In this document: piece by piece, positions 57,280-64,000 of the stretch | How the letters are laid out: each line of letters starts with the position of its first letter | Position numbering within the stretch: position 1 is the stretch's first letter | Source of the DNA: Terriglobia bacterium | GTDB lineage: Bacteria; Acidobacteriota; UBA6911 | NCBI GenBank assembly: GCA_963824985.1 | Contig: CAWGRQ010000042.1 | Coordinates: forward strand, 9,764-73,763 | Direction: 5' to 3' | DNA: 64,000 nucleotides | Translations under genes and position numbers: made by a program | Notes under the pieces: model-generated | What the model saw: the letters and a program-made list of their open reading frames with translations, nothing else | Database searches by the model: none | Told to the model about the DNA's origin: nothing

Positions 57280-57887
57280 TTATTCCCTTGTCATTGCAGT
57301 ACCGCACTTCGGGCACTGCTTCTGTACGCAGGGCACTCCCTGTTCATGCGATTCACGATGCCCGCATTTCGGACACAGGCAAGCGCCGGCAGCGCCCCCC
57401 GCAAGGGGACCGCCCATGCGACCTCGACCCTGTCCGCCTTGACCTCGGCTCCGTCCGCCTTGACCCATTCCGCCACGTTTTCTTCCATTCATCAGGAATT
57501 CTTCCTCGTTCACGCCGCGCATTCCCCGTCGCCGGTCTCGACCGCGCCCGCAGCAACCGGGCATGGCAAAGGTGTCGTGCTCCAATTTGTCACCGAGCCA
57601 GGCCTGAATGACCTCGCTGAGGTCGCCGGCCACGAACGGGATCACCTCGATGCCGTGAGCGGCGACCATCTCGTGCAAAGGCCTGGAAATCGCGCCGCAA
57701 ACCAGCGTGCCGACATCAAGCTCCGCGAGGCGGATCAGCCTTCTGAACCGGCAGGTCGTCCGCCAGGACTCCTTTGTTTCGTTGCAATGATTCGTCCCGA
57801 CTCGGCTTCGACGACATGAATCTGCCGGGCGATGTCGATAACCGGCGCGATTCGATTGTCCCAATATGCAAAAGCCGTCTTCATCAT
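57280..57887 (-). pseudogene. NifX/NifB-type (dinitrogenase FeMo-cofactor-binding fold) protein with RGG-rich linker and C-terminal Cys4 zinc-ribbon; needs two frame changes
   Basis: MMKTAFAYWDNRIAPVIDIARQIHVVEAESGRIIATKQ (frame 1), LADDLPVQKA (frame 2), LIRLAELDVGTLVCGAISRPLHEMVAAHGIEVIPFVAGDLSEVIQAWL...CLCPKCGH...CPKCGTAM (frame 3). Confidence 0.6.
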
Positions 57888-58030
57888 CCAAGGCCCCGGC
57901 CGTCATTCACGTATGGCATAAAAGCAATCGCGGCACCAATCGCATCCGCGCCTCACAAAATACAATCATCCCTTGTAATTAAATGAGTTAAGGTGAATTT
58001 CGAGGAGAGGGCGGCAAGCCAAAGAGTAGC

Positions 58031-58047
58031 GTTATAGCTACTATAAC
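58031..58047. promoter_or_regulatory. Perfect 7-3-7 palindrome GTTATAG-cta-CTATAAC, candidate operator
   Basis: Located in the AT-richer part of the divergent intergenic region, 5 nt upstream of a TATGAT -10-like hexamer (58052-58057). Confidence 0.35.
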
Positions 58048-58179
58048 TGTATATGATAGGCGCAATCGCGCTACTACTTCCGTTCGTGACGGGAACGGCC
58101 GTCCGGCTCGGGCAGGGGGATGCCCAGTTTCTTTATTCTGCGGAGACGACAAACAACTTGACTCTCGAAGCCGCGCAAT

Positions 58180-58214
58180 CTTAGTATTACGATTTCAATG
58201 GACGTAATACTGAG
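58180..58214 (+). promoter_or_regulatory. 12-bp AT-rich stem-loop immediately upstream of the TonB-receptor RBS
   Basis: cttagtattacg-N11-cgtaatactgag (one G-U pair). GGGAGGA RBS at 58218-58224, ATG at 58231. Confidence 0.5.
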
Positions 58215-58230
58215 ATCGGGAGGATAGGTC

Positions 58231-60246
58231 ATGAAGCGCCTGGATCTTCTTCTTGTGATATTCAGCCTCGGCGCGCTGCCCGCCTGGGCCGAGGAAATCA
58301 GGATTCGCGTGGTGGACCCGCAGGAAAAGGTCATTGTCGGCGCCGCCGTTACGATTCGCAGCCAGGGCAAGCTCATCTCAAAGCAGACCGATGAAAAAGG
58401 CGAGTTGGTTGCACAAGTCGTGATGCCGGCAGACATCCGCGTGACCGCAGCCGGTTTTGATCCTTGCGATCTGAAGCTGGATGTCGTACCCGGCAGGGAG
58501 CTGACCGTGCGGCTGAGGCCGGCGACGGTGCACACCATCATTGAGGTGGTCGTACGTGAGGAGGGTGCGGCAACGGGCACGACCGAACGGACGGCCCTCG
58601 AGATCGACCGCGGCGGCGCGCGCACCGTCTTCGATGCCGTGGACAAGCTTGTCCCCTGCGCCTATGTCACCCGGCGCGGCGTCATGGGCTACGGGCTCAA
58701 CAGCCCATCCGGCGCGGTATCGATTCGTGGCATGGGGGGTTCCCCCAACACTCAGGTGCTCGTCGTAGTCGATGGGCGGCCCGACTACATGGGATTGATG
58801 GGTCATCCGATTCCGGACTTCTATACACTGTCCGATGTGGGAAGTTTGTCTGTTACCCAGGGGCCCGCTTCCGTTCGTTATGGTAGCGGAGCGATGGGCG
58901 GGGCCATAGAGATAAAACCGGCGCCGGTCAGGGAAGGCACCCTTACCGAATTCACGACCAGTTTCGGGTCTTTCAATACGGGCCAGCACCGACTCTCTCA
59001 CGGCTCCCGAATCGGGCGCGGCTTCTATCATCTCACGGCAGGAATCGAGCATACTTCCGGGGACCGCCCCAACTCGGCTTTCCACAACCAGCATGGCACT
59101 CTCGCGCTCGGATACGACCTGTCGTCGATCTGGAGAATTTCACTCCAGGGCCGCTACGGCCACTTCAACGTCGAGGATCCCGGGCCGGTCAGCGCGCTCA
59201 CGTCTGGCCGCTTTGCCAATGTCGGTCGCGGCGGGTTCAACGTAGCGCTGGAAAACTCGGGCGCGCGCACATGGGGTTCGGCTAGCTTCTACTCCAGTTA
59301 TGGTCATCACATGCTCTGGGACGGATTCCGTTCTGTAGATGCAACCCAGGGTTTCCGGCTCGAACAAAATTATCTGATCACGCCAAGGCTCACGGTCGAG
59401 GCCGGGACGGATGTCATTCGATATGGCGGACGGGCCCGGAACATCAAAACCTCTCTGGATTACGGTGAACACCACGTATCAGAAGGGGGCGTTTTTTCGC
59501 GGGCGCACTTCGCCGTTTCATCTGCGCTGATTCTGAACGCAGGCTTTCGTTACGATCACAACTCGCTTTACGGCGGAGTGGCTGTCCCGGAGTTCGGCGC
59601 GATCTACAAGTTCGGCGAAAAGTATTCGCTGTCGACCGCCATGAGCAAAGGTTTTCGGAACCCTACCATCCGGGAACTCTACCTTTTTCCGGCGCCCAAT
59701 CCCGCTCTGAAGCCCGAGCGCCTGTGGAACTACCAGGCTACGTTCCAGATGCGTCCCACCCAGTCCCTTCTGGCTTGGATCACCGGCTATTACGCCGATG
59801 CGAGTAATTTGATCATTACGACCGGCAGATTTCCGAATCTGAAACTGGAGAACGGAGGCCAGGCCCTCAATCGTGGGATGGAAATCAATGGCCGCTGGCA
59901 GCCACTGCGCAGATTGAGTCTCACCTCCGGGTACGCATACCTCCGTTCTACGAATCTCGCGCCCTATGTCCCGGCCCACAAGCTGAACTACTCGCTGGAT
60001 CTCGACGCCGGGCGGATCTTCCTGAACCTCGGTGGAACCTCGGTGGGCCGCACCTGGGCCGACGCGGCCAGAACGCAGCCACTGGGGGAATATACCGTTA
60101 TCACATTAAAGTGCACGGCGCCGTTGGGAAGAAAAGTGAGTGCTTTCATCACGCTGGATAACCTTTTCAATCGCAGTTACCAGGTTGTTGCGGGCTATCC
60201 AATGCCCGGCATCAACGCGATCGGTGGATTCAACTTCAGGTTCTGA
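58231..60246 (+). CDS. TonB-dependent outer-membrane receptor with N-terminal carboxypeptidase-regulatory-like domain
   Basis: Signal peptide; IRIRVVDPQEKVIVGAAVTIRS...; plug-like region (VSIRGMGGSPNTQVLVVVDGRP); beta-barrel ending ...GGFNFRF. Confidence 0.8.
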   Translation: MKRLDLLLVIFSLGALPAWAEEIRIRVVDPQEKVIVGAAVTIRSQGKLISKQTDEKGELVAQVVMPADIRVTAAGFDPCDLKLDVVPGRELTVRLRPATVHTIIEVVVREEGAATGTTERTALEIDRGGARTVFDAVDKLVPCAYVTRRGVMGYGLNSPSGAVSIRGMGGSPNTQVLVVVDGRPDYMGLMGHPIPDFYTLSDVGSLSVTQGPASVRYGSGAMGGAIEIKPAPVREGTLTEFTTSFGSFNTGQHRLSHGSRIGRGFYHLTAGIEHTSGDRPNSAFHNQHGTLALGYDLSSIWRISLQGRYGHFNVEDPGPVSALTSGRFANVGRGGFNVALENSGARTWGSASFYSSYGHHMLWDGFRSVDATQGFRLEQNYLITPRLTVEAGTDVIRYGGRARNIKTSLDYGEHHVSEGGVFSRAHFAVSSALILNAGFRYDHNSLYGGVAVPEFGAIYKFGEKYSLSTAMSKGFRNPTIRELYLFPAPNPALKPERLWNYQATFQMRPTQSLLAWITGYYADASNLIITTGRFPNLKLENGGQALNRGMEINGRWQPLRRLSLTSGYAYLRSTNLAPYVPAHKLNYSLDLDAGRIFLNLGGTSVGRTWADAARTQPLGEYTVITLKCTAPLGRKVSAFITLDNLFNRSYQVVAGYPMPGINAIGGFNFRF

Positions 60247-60254
60247 CCATTACT

Positions 60255-60788
60255 ATGAAAGCGGAAGCACTGCGGTCCATGGTCATGAGCGCCGTCATGG
60301 CGGCATTCGGCATCACGCTGCCGATGGTTTTTCACATGGCGGGCCTGGGAAGCAAATTCCTTCCCATGCTGCTCCCGATCCTGCTCAACGGTTTTCTCTC
60401 GCTTCTTCCCTGGGCGGCGCTGACCGGCGCGCTCGTGCCTGTGGCAAGCGGATTGTTGACCGGCATGCCGCCGTTCTATCCTCCGATCGCCCTGGTGATG
60501 TCGATCGAAGGCGCGCTCATGGCCGCGGCCGCAGCCGTGATCTATCGTCTCAGCAAGCCCCGGATCTGGCCCGCCCTGGTTGTCGCTGTGGGCTTGGATC
60601 GCATGGTCTCGGCCGGATTGATGTGGCTGATGGCTGGAAATTTTGGCCTGCCACCCGCAGTGATATCGACCGCGAGCCTCATTCAGGGATTTCCGGGTGT
60701 GGCATTGCAGCTTGTGGTTGTCCCGCTGGTCGTGCGCGGAATAAGAGCAAGGAAAGGAATACTCCTTCCAGATGAAGACAGATCCTAG
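60255..60788 (+). CDS. Small polytopic membrane protein, putative ECF-transporter S (substrate-capture) component of unknown specificity
   Basis: 177 aa with 5-6 hydrophobic helices. Assignment rests on position directly between the receptor and the T/A genes; no family signature recognised. Confidence 0.45.
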   Translation: MKAEALRSMVMSAVMAAFGITLPMVFHMAGLGSKFLPMLLPILLNGFLSLLPWAALTGALVPVASGLLTGMPPFYPPIALVMSIEGALMAAAAAVIYRLSKPRIWPALVVAVGLDRMVSAGLMWLMAGNFGLPPAVISTASLIQGFPGVALQLVVVPLVVRGIRARKGILLPDEDRS

Positions 60789-61377
60789 ACGTCCTTATTT
60801 CAACAGCCTTGCCACCGAATGGGATTGCATCCCCGCCGCACCGAATTCTGCCGGCAGGATCTCGACATTTTTGAAGCGGTCCCATAGAGCCGGAGTTCGA
60901 CGCGTCCTCGATGTCGGCTGCGGCACCGGCATTCTCGTGCCTGAATTGCTGAACCTCTATGGCTCTGCAACCCGCCTGGTGGAATTTGATCTGGCGGAAG
61001 ATATGCTTAGGGTCAATTCGACCAAGTTCCCGAGCACCAGCATCGGCCGTGTCTGTGCAGATGCGCAGGCCATGCCCTTTTCTGACGCATGCTTTGATCT
61101 GGCTGTTTGCTTCAGCGTGCTTCCTCACATGCCCGACAAGTCTGCCGCCCTGCGCCAGATAATTCGGATTCTGCGTCCTGGTGGTGTTTTTTGTGTGGGG
61201 CACCTGATGGGCAGCCGCGAATTGAATGCGTTTCACGGCAGCCTCGAAGGCCCTGTGAAGGTCGATTTTCTTCCCCCTGCGGCAGTCCTGGCTCAAATGT
61301 TGAAGGACCTGGGGGCGGTGGCGATCGAGGCAGAGGAGAATTCCGATTGGTATTTCGTGCGTGCAGAGAAATCCTGA
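60772..61377 (+). CDS. Class I SAM-dependent methyltransferase
   Basis: VLDVGCGTGIL (motif I), DLAVCFSVLPHM, LRPGGVF. Overlaps the preceding gene by 17 nt. Confidence 0.8.
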   Translation: MKTDPRRPYFNSLATEWDCIPAAPNSAGRISTFLKRSHRAGVRRVLDVGCGTGILVPELLNLYGSATRLVEFDLAEDMLRVNSTKFPSTSIGRVCADAQAMPFSDACFDLAVCFSVLPHMPDKSAALRQIIRILRPGGVFCVGHLMGSRELNAFHGSLEGPVKVDFLPPAAVLAQMLKDLGAVAIEAEENSDWYFVRAEKS

Positions 61378-61378
61378 A

Positions 61379-61930
61379 ATGAAGCCCATATCCTTCATGC
61401 CTGCGCTGCTGGTACTGTCGGCTGCCGTTGCGGTGGCGTTCATGCGCGATATTGGGTGGGTGATCGCTGCGCTGCCTGTAAGCCTTGTGCTCAACATCGG
61501 GTCATGGCGAAGCCTTTCCAAAGCGATGCGCGCGATGCTACCGGTCGCGCTGTTTGTCCTGACCCTGATCTTGCTTCAGTGGCTCTATCGCCGGCCCGAG
61601 CCTATGGTTGCCGCAAAGACCCTGGCCGTCTTCTGGCTCACCACGGCGGCATTCCGTTGGGTGCCTTGGTCTGGGCTTGCAGGCGCGATCCGCCCGGAAT
61701 CGCGGGCCTCGGCCTTTATCTTCTATTTACTGTTCGTCCGTCATTTTGCATCGATCCTGGTTGTGGAAGCAGGCCGTCTGCTCCACGCGAGATCGCGCGC
61801 GGTCCCGCAGACTTGCGGCCACTGGGCTTTCCGGTCTCTCACGGCTGCGCTGGTCTCGTTGTTTGGGCGCGCCGGGATCCGAGCCGAGCGCTTCTATGCG
61901 GCCCTTTTGTTGAAAGGACTTGTAGAGTGA
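61379..61930 (+). CDS. Short CbiQ/EcfT-like transmembrane (T) component
   Basis: 183 aa, hydrophobic. C-terminal EAGRLLHARSRAV and RAERFYAALLLKG resemble degenerate Ala-Arg-Gly coupling motifs. Start lies 2 nt after the methyltransferase stop. Confidence 0.5.
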   Translation: MKPISFMPALLVLSAAVAVAFMRDIGWVIAALPVSLVLNIGSWRSLSKAMRAMLPVALFVLTLILLQWLYRRPEPMVAAKTLAVFWLTTAAFRWVPWSGLAGAIRPESRASAFIFYLLFVRHFASILVVEAGRLLHARSRAVPQTCGHWAFRSLTAALVSLFGRAGIRAERFYAALLLKGLVE

Positions 61931-62620
61931 AGTCTGTCCTTGAGGTGGCAGGGTTGAATTTCAGCTTCGAGCGGAGCCGGCCGGTTCCTGCAAAACATCG
62001 ATTTCCGCGTACCGGAAGGCGAATACCTGGGGATCGTCGGCGGAAATGGAGCCGGAAAGAGCACACTCCTCTGGTGCCTTTTGGGATTGCTCAAAGCCAG
62101 CGGGTCTATCCGCTTTTTTGGGGAAGAAATCAGCAAGAGAGCACTGGAGCGGATTGCCATGGTTTTTCAGAATCCGGAGGACCAGCTGTTCATGCCCGCG
62201 CTCTTGGACGATGTGGCTCTTCCACTGGTCAATCGTGGTGTAGGGATAACCGAGGCGCGGCGCATGGCTCTGGATAAGCTGGATAAGCTCGGCCTAGGTG
62301 ATTTAGCGGGCCGTCCGGCAACCAGGCTGAGCATCGGCGAGCAGAAACGCGCCTCGATTGCCGCAGCCTTGAGCACGTCGCCGGAGCTTCTGCTGTTGGA
62401 TGAGCCCACGGCTGAACTGGATGGGCGGTCGGTGCGTCAGCTTGCTGGTTTATTGGCAAAGCTCGCCGTTACAACGATAGTGACCAGCCATCACCTCGAT
62501 TTCCTGCGCATGATCACTTCCCGCACGCTTGTGCTTAGCAAGGGTAGAATCATCGCGGACGGCCCCATGCCGGATATCCTCGGTAATCAGACCCTGCTCC
62601 AGGCTGCGGACCTGATATAA
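61927..62620 (+). CDS. ECF/CbiO-type ABC ATPase (A component) with one frame change near 61987
   Basis: GTGA overlap with the T gene. VKSVLEVAGLNFSFERSRPV (frame 1), then LQNIDFRVPEGEYLGIVGGNGAGKST (Walker A), VFQNPEDQLF (ECF-type Q-loop), LSIGEQKR, LLLLDEPTAELD (frame 2). The extra c is in ggttcctg. Confidence 0.75.
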
Positions 62621-62668
62621 AGGAGGAAAGCGAATAGACATCTGAGATGGTCTGAAATGCATGAGAAA

Positions 62669-62698
62669 AAAGGGAAAGCCCTTTATCGCTTTTCATTT
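62669..62698 (+). terminator. Weak terminator candidate after the ATPase gene
   Basis: aaaggg-aaag-cccttt followed by atcgcttttcattt. Confidence 0.3.
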
Positions 62699-62807
62699 GG
62701 CATGATCGAGGTCGCCGCAGGAGGCACGGATCGCGGCCGTCCCACCCGCATGGTCTCTGTGGACGGGACACCCGCGATCCGTCGGTTGAAGGCTTGCCCC
62801 CAGGCGT

Positions 62808-63340
62808 TCAGACCACGTTCTGAGCCTCGAGGGAACTGAGCTTGTCGTGAGCGTAGTTGAGCCGGGCCGTCAGACGGTGCGCGGCAGAGGCCTCGTGGTC
62901 CAGACGCAGCATGTAATAGCCAGTCCTCTGGCTTATCGGATAAACTCCCCCGAGACCTTCGAGCGGAGTGGCCTTGTAAGCAGGAGGGGCGTGGGTATCG
63001 GGATCGAGCCCGGTCCGGGCGATGGCGGAGCCGCGAATAGCGGCGCGGACGGCGGGATGGGAGGGTTGGCCGGCCGCGAGTGCCTGCTGTTGCGGCGTCA
63101 AGCCCAGAACCCCGGGATTCATGCCAATTCGGGTGAATCCGCTCTCCTGGCGTCGCAATTGTTCAAACGAGGCGAAAAAAAACGTGCGGTTGACCCGCAA
63201 TGGCCCCCCGAAGCCGCCGAGAGAATCAGCCAGAGCAACAGTGACAGGGGCCTGCTTACCGGATCAGCCACCCGCCCGCCGACGTTGCCCTCAGAAAAGA
63301 CCCGTAGGGCGACAAAGCCAAGCACGTTCGCGGATCGCAT
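62808..63340 (-). pseudogene. Internal fragment of a large TonB-dependent receptor-like protein
   Basis: RVNRTFFFASFEQLRRQES... and ...RLDHEASAAHRLTARLNYAHDKLS are typical barrel segments. No plug or C-terminus. The upstream part is in another frame. Confidence 0.5.
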
Positions 63341-63441
63341 GATCCTTCTCTCCGTTTCTTCTGATGGAGTGCTATTTACATCTTCATATACTTACACCTT
63401 GTGATGTGAGACAGCGGCAATGGCGATGCTGGTCTTGCCGG

Positions 63442-63837
63442 CTAATCCATGAGTACCACCTCAAATTCCGGGGGAGTGACGATATGCTTTTTGACCGTGC
63501 ACAGGTTGACGGTCTTGAGGACGGCCCCTTTGAGTTCTTCGGGAAAGTCCCGCGGACACGTGACCTCGATGCGAATCGGGGTGAACAGCTTCTTTTCGGG
63601 ATCGCGTTCCGCTTGAAGGCGAACCCCCAGGCCCTCGGTGTTCAGCTTCCGGGCATTGCAGAATTCCAGTGCGTAGATCCCGACACAGGTGGCCATGGAC
63701 ACGAAAAACAGGTCGAACGGTTCGGGGGCTGATCCCTCACCGCCGTTCTTCACGGATTGGTCCGTCTGGACCGTGCGCCCGTCATAGTGCGCGTCGACCC
63801 GTTTTCCGCCGGGAAACGTAACGGTAATGCTCTTCAT
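63442..63837 (-). CDS. OsmC/Ohr family protein
   Basis: APEPFDLFFVSMATCVGIYAL and LCTVKK blocks (two conserved Cys). ATG 63837 is preceded by GGAGGG. Confidence 0.75.
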   Translation of the reverse strand: MKSITVTFPGGKRVDAHYDGRTVQTDQSVKNGGEGSAPEPFDLFFVSMATCVGIYALEFCNARKLNTEGLGVRLQAERDPEKKLFTPIRIEVTCPRDFPEELKGAVLKTVNLCTVKKHIVTPPEFEVVLMD

Positions 63838-64000
63838 CGATACACCCTCCAACAGATCATAGTAATGGAACGATCTTTCTTTGTGCGCGCAATCGTCAAG
63901 CGCATTCTCGCACGCCTCCCGCCATTGCGCAGCGCTGTCGCTGAGATTGGGCCAGCCGGAGGATCTGACGGCGAAGGATTTCCCAAGCAGCCGCGAGCCT

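Noticed and set aside
57390-57480. Short tandem repeat (gtccgccttgacc twice) as a possible CRISPR or VNTR
   Set aside because: There are only two units, and they lie inside the coding RGG-rich linker of the NifX-like protein (GQGGRSRGQGGQGRGR). No spacer architecture is present, and no CRISPR-like array occurs anywhere in the window.
57907-58230. Cobalamin (or other) riboswitch upstream of the TonB receptor/ECF operon
   Set aside because: I could not find a B12-box-like core (GCCACTG with the surrounding conserved GGGAAG/GGTG pattern) by eye on either strand. Only a covariance-model search can settle this, so it is left as a check and not a call.
1-64000. tRNA, rRNA, tmRNA, RNase P and SRP RNA genes
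   Set aside because: Scanning for T-arm (GGTTCGAATCC-like) boxes and other hallmark strings found only matches inside coding regions, without acceptor or anticodon stem context.

Overview
High-GC bacterial chromosomal window. The gene content (FG-GAP/VCBS giant protein, DUF1800/DUF1501 pair, BNR/VPS10 protein, TonB receptors with carboxypeptidase-regulatory domains, many secreted beta-sandwich proteins) resembles a soil or sediment Acidobacteriota-type genome; this is inference only. All family names come from reading motifs by eye. No database search, HMM, covariance model or GC calculation was possible. About 52 protein-coding loci are recognisable. About 29 look intact: a LysM/DUF937/YeaQ/BON stress set, GlgX, two SSS transporters and one MFS transporter, an SPFH protein, DUF1800-DUF1501, an ECF sigma factor, a WD40 protein, an amidohydrolase, GH127 plus a triple-jacalin lectin, CcmH, CGGC and DUF5320 proteins, a TonB receptor with an ECF-type importer and a methyltransferase, and OsmC. 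About 23 are frameshifted, nonsense-interrupted or reduced to 5' or 3' stubs, including a P-type ATPase, BNR/VPS10, an RND pump, PAS-GGDEF-EAL, a sulfatase, an IS4 transposase, a kinase, an anti-sigma factor, def, and single lesions in anSME (one in-frame TAA), FG-GAP, a second S9 peptidase and EcfA. No rRNA, tRNA or CRISPR array was seen. Several small structured repeats occur: a 45-nt double hairpin with compensatory substitutions, a 47-nt repeat, a 26-bp inverted repeat, a 274-bp palindrome and a hairpin array. A 230-bp direct repeat of an MFS 5' end brackets a 21.7-kb segment. The most system-like candidates for follow-up are: (1) the TonB-receptor/ECF/methyltransferase operon with its divergent CGGC, DUF5320 and NifX-like neighbours (55.4-62.6 kb); (2) the DUF1800-DUF1501-secreted protein trio (16.6-20.9 kb); (3) the visibly lower-GC two-gene islet at 21-22.4 kb.
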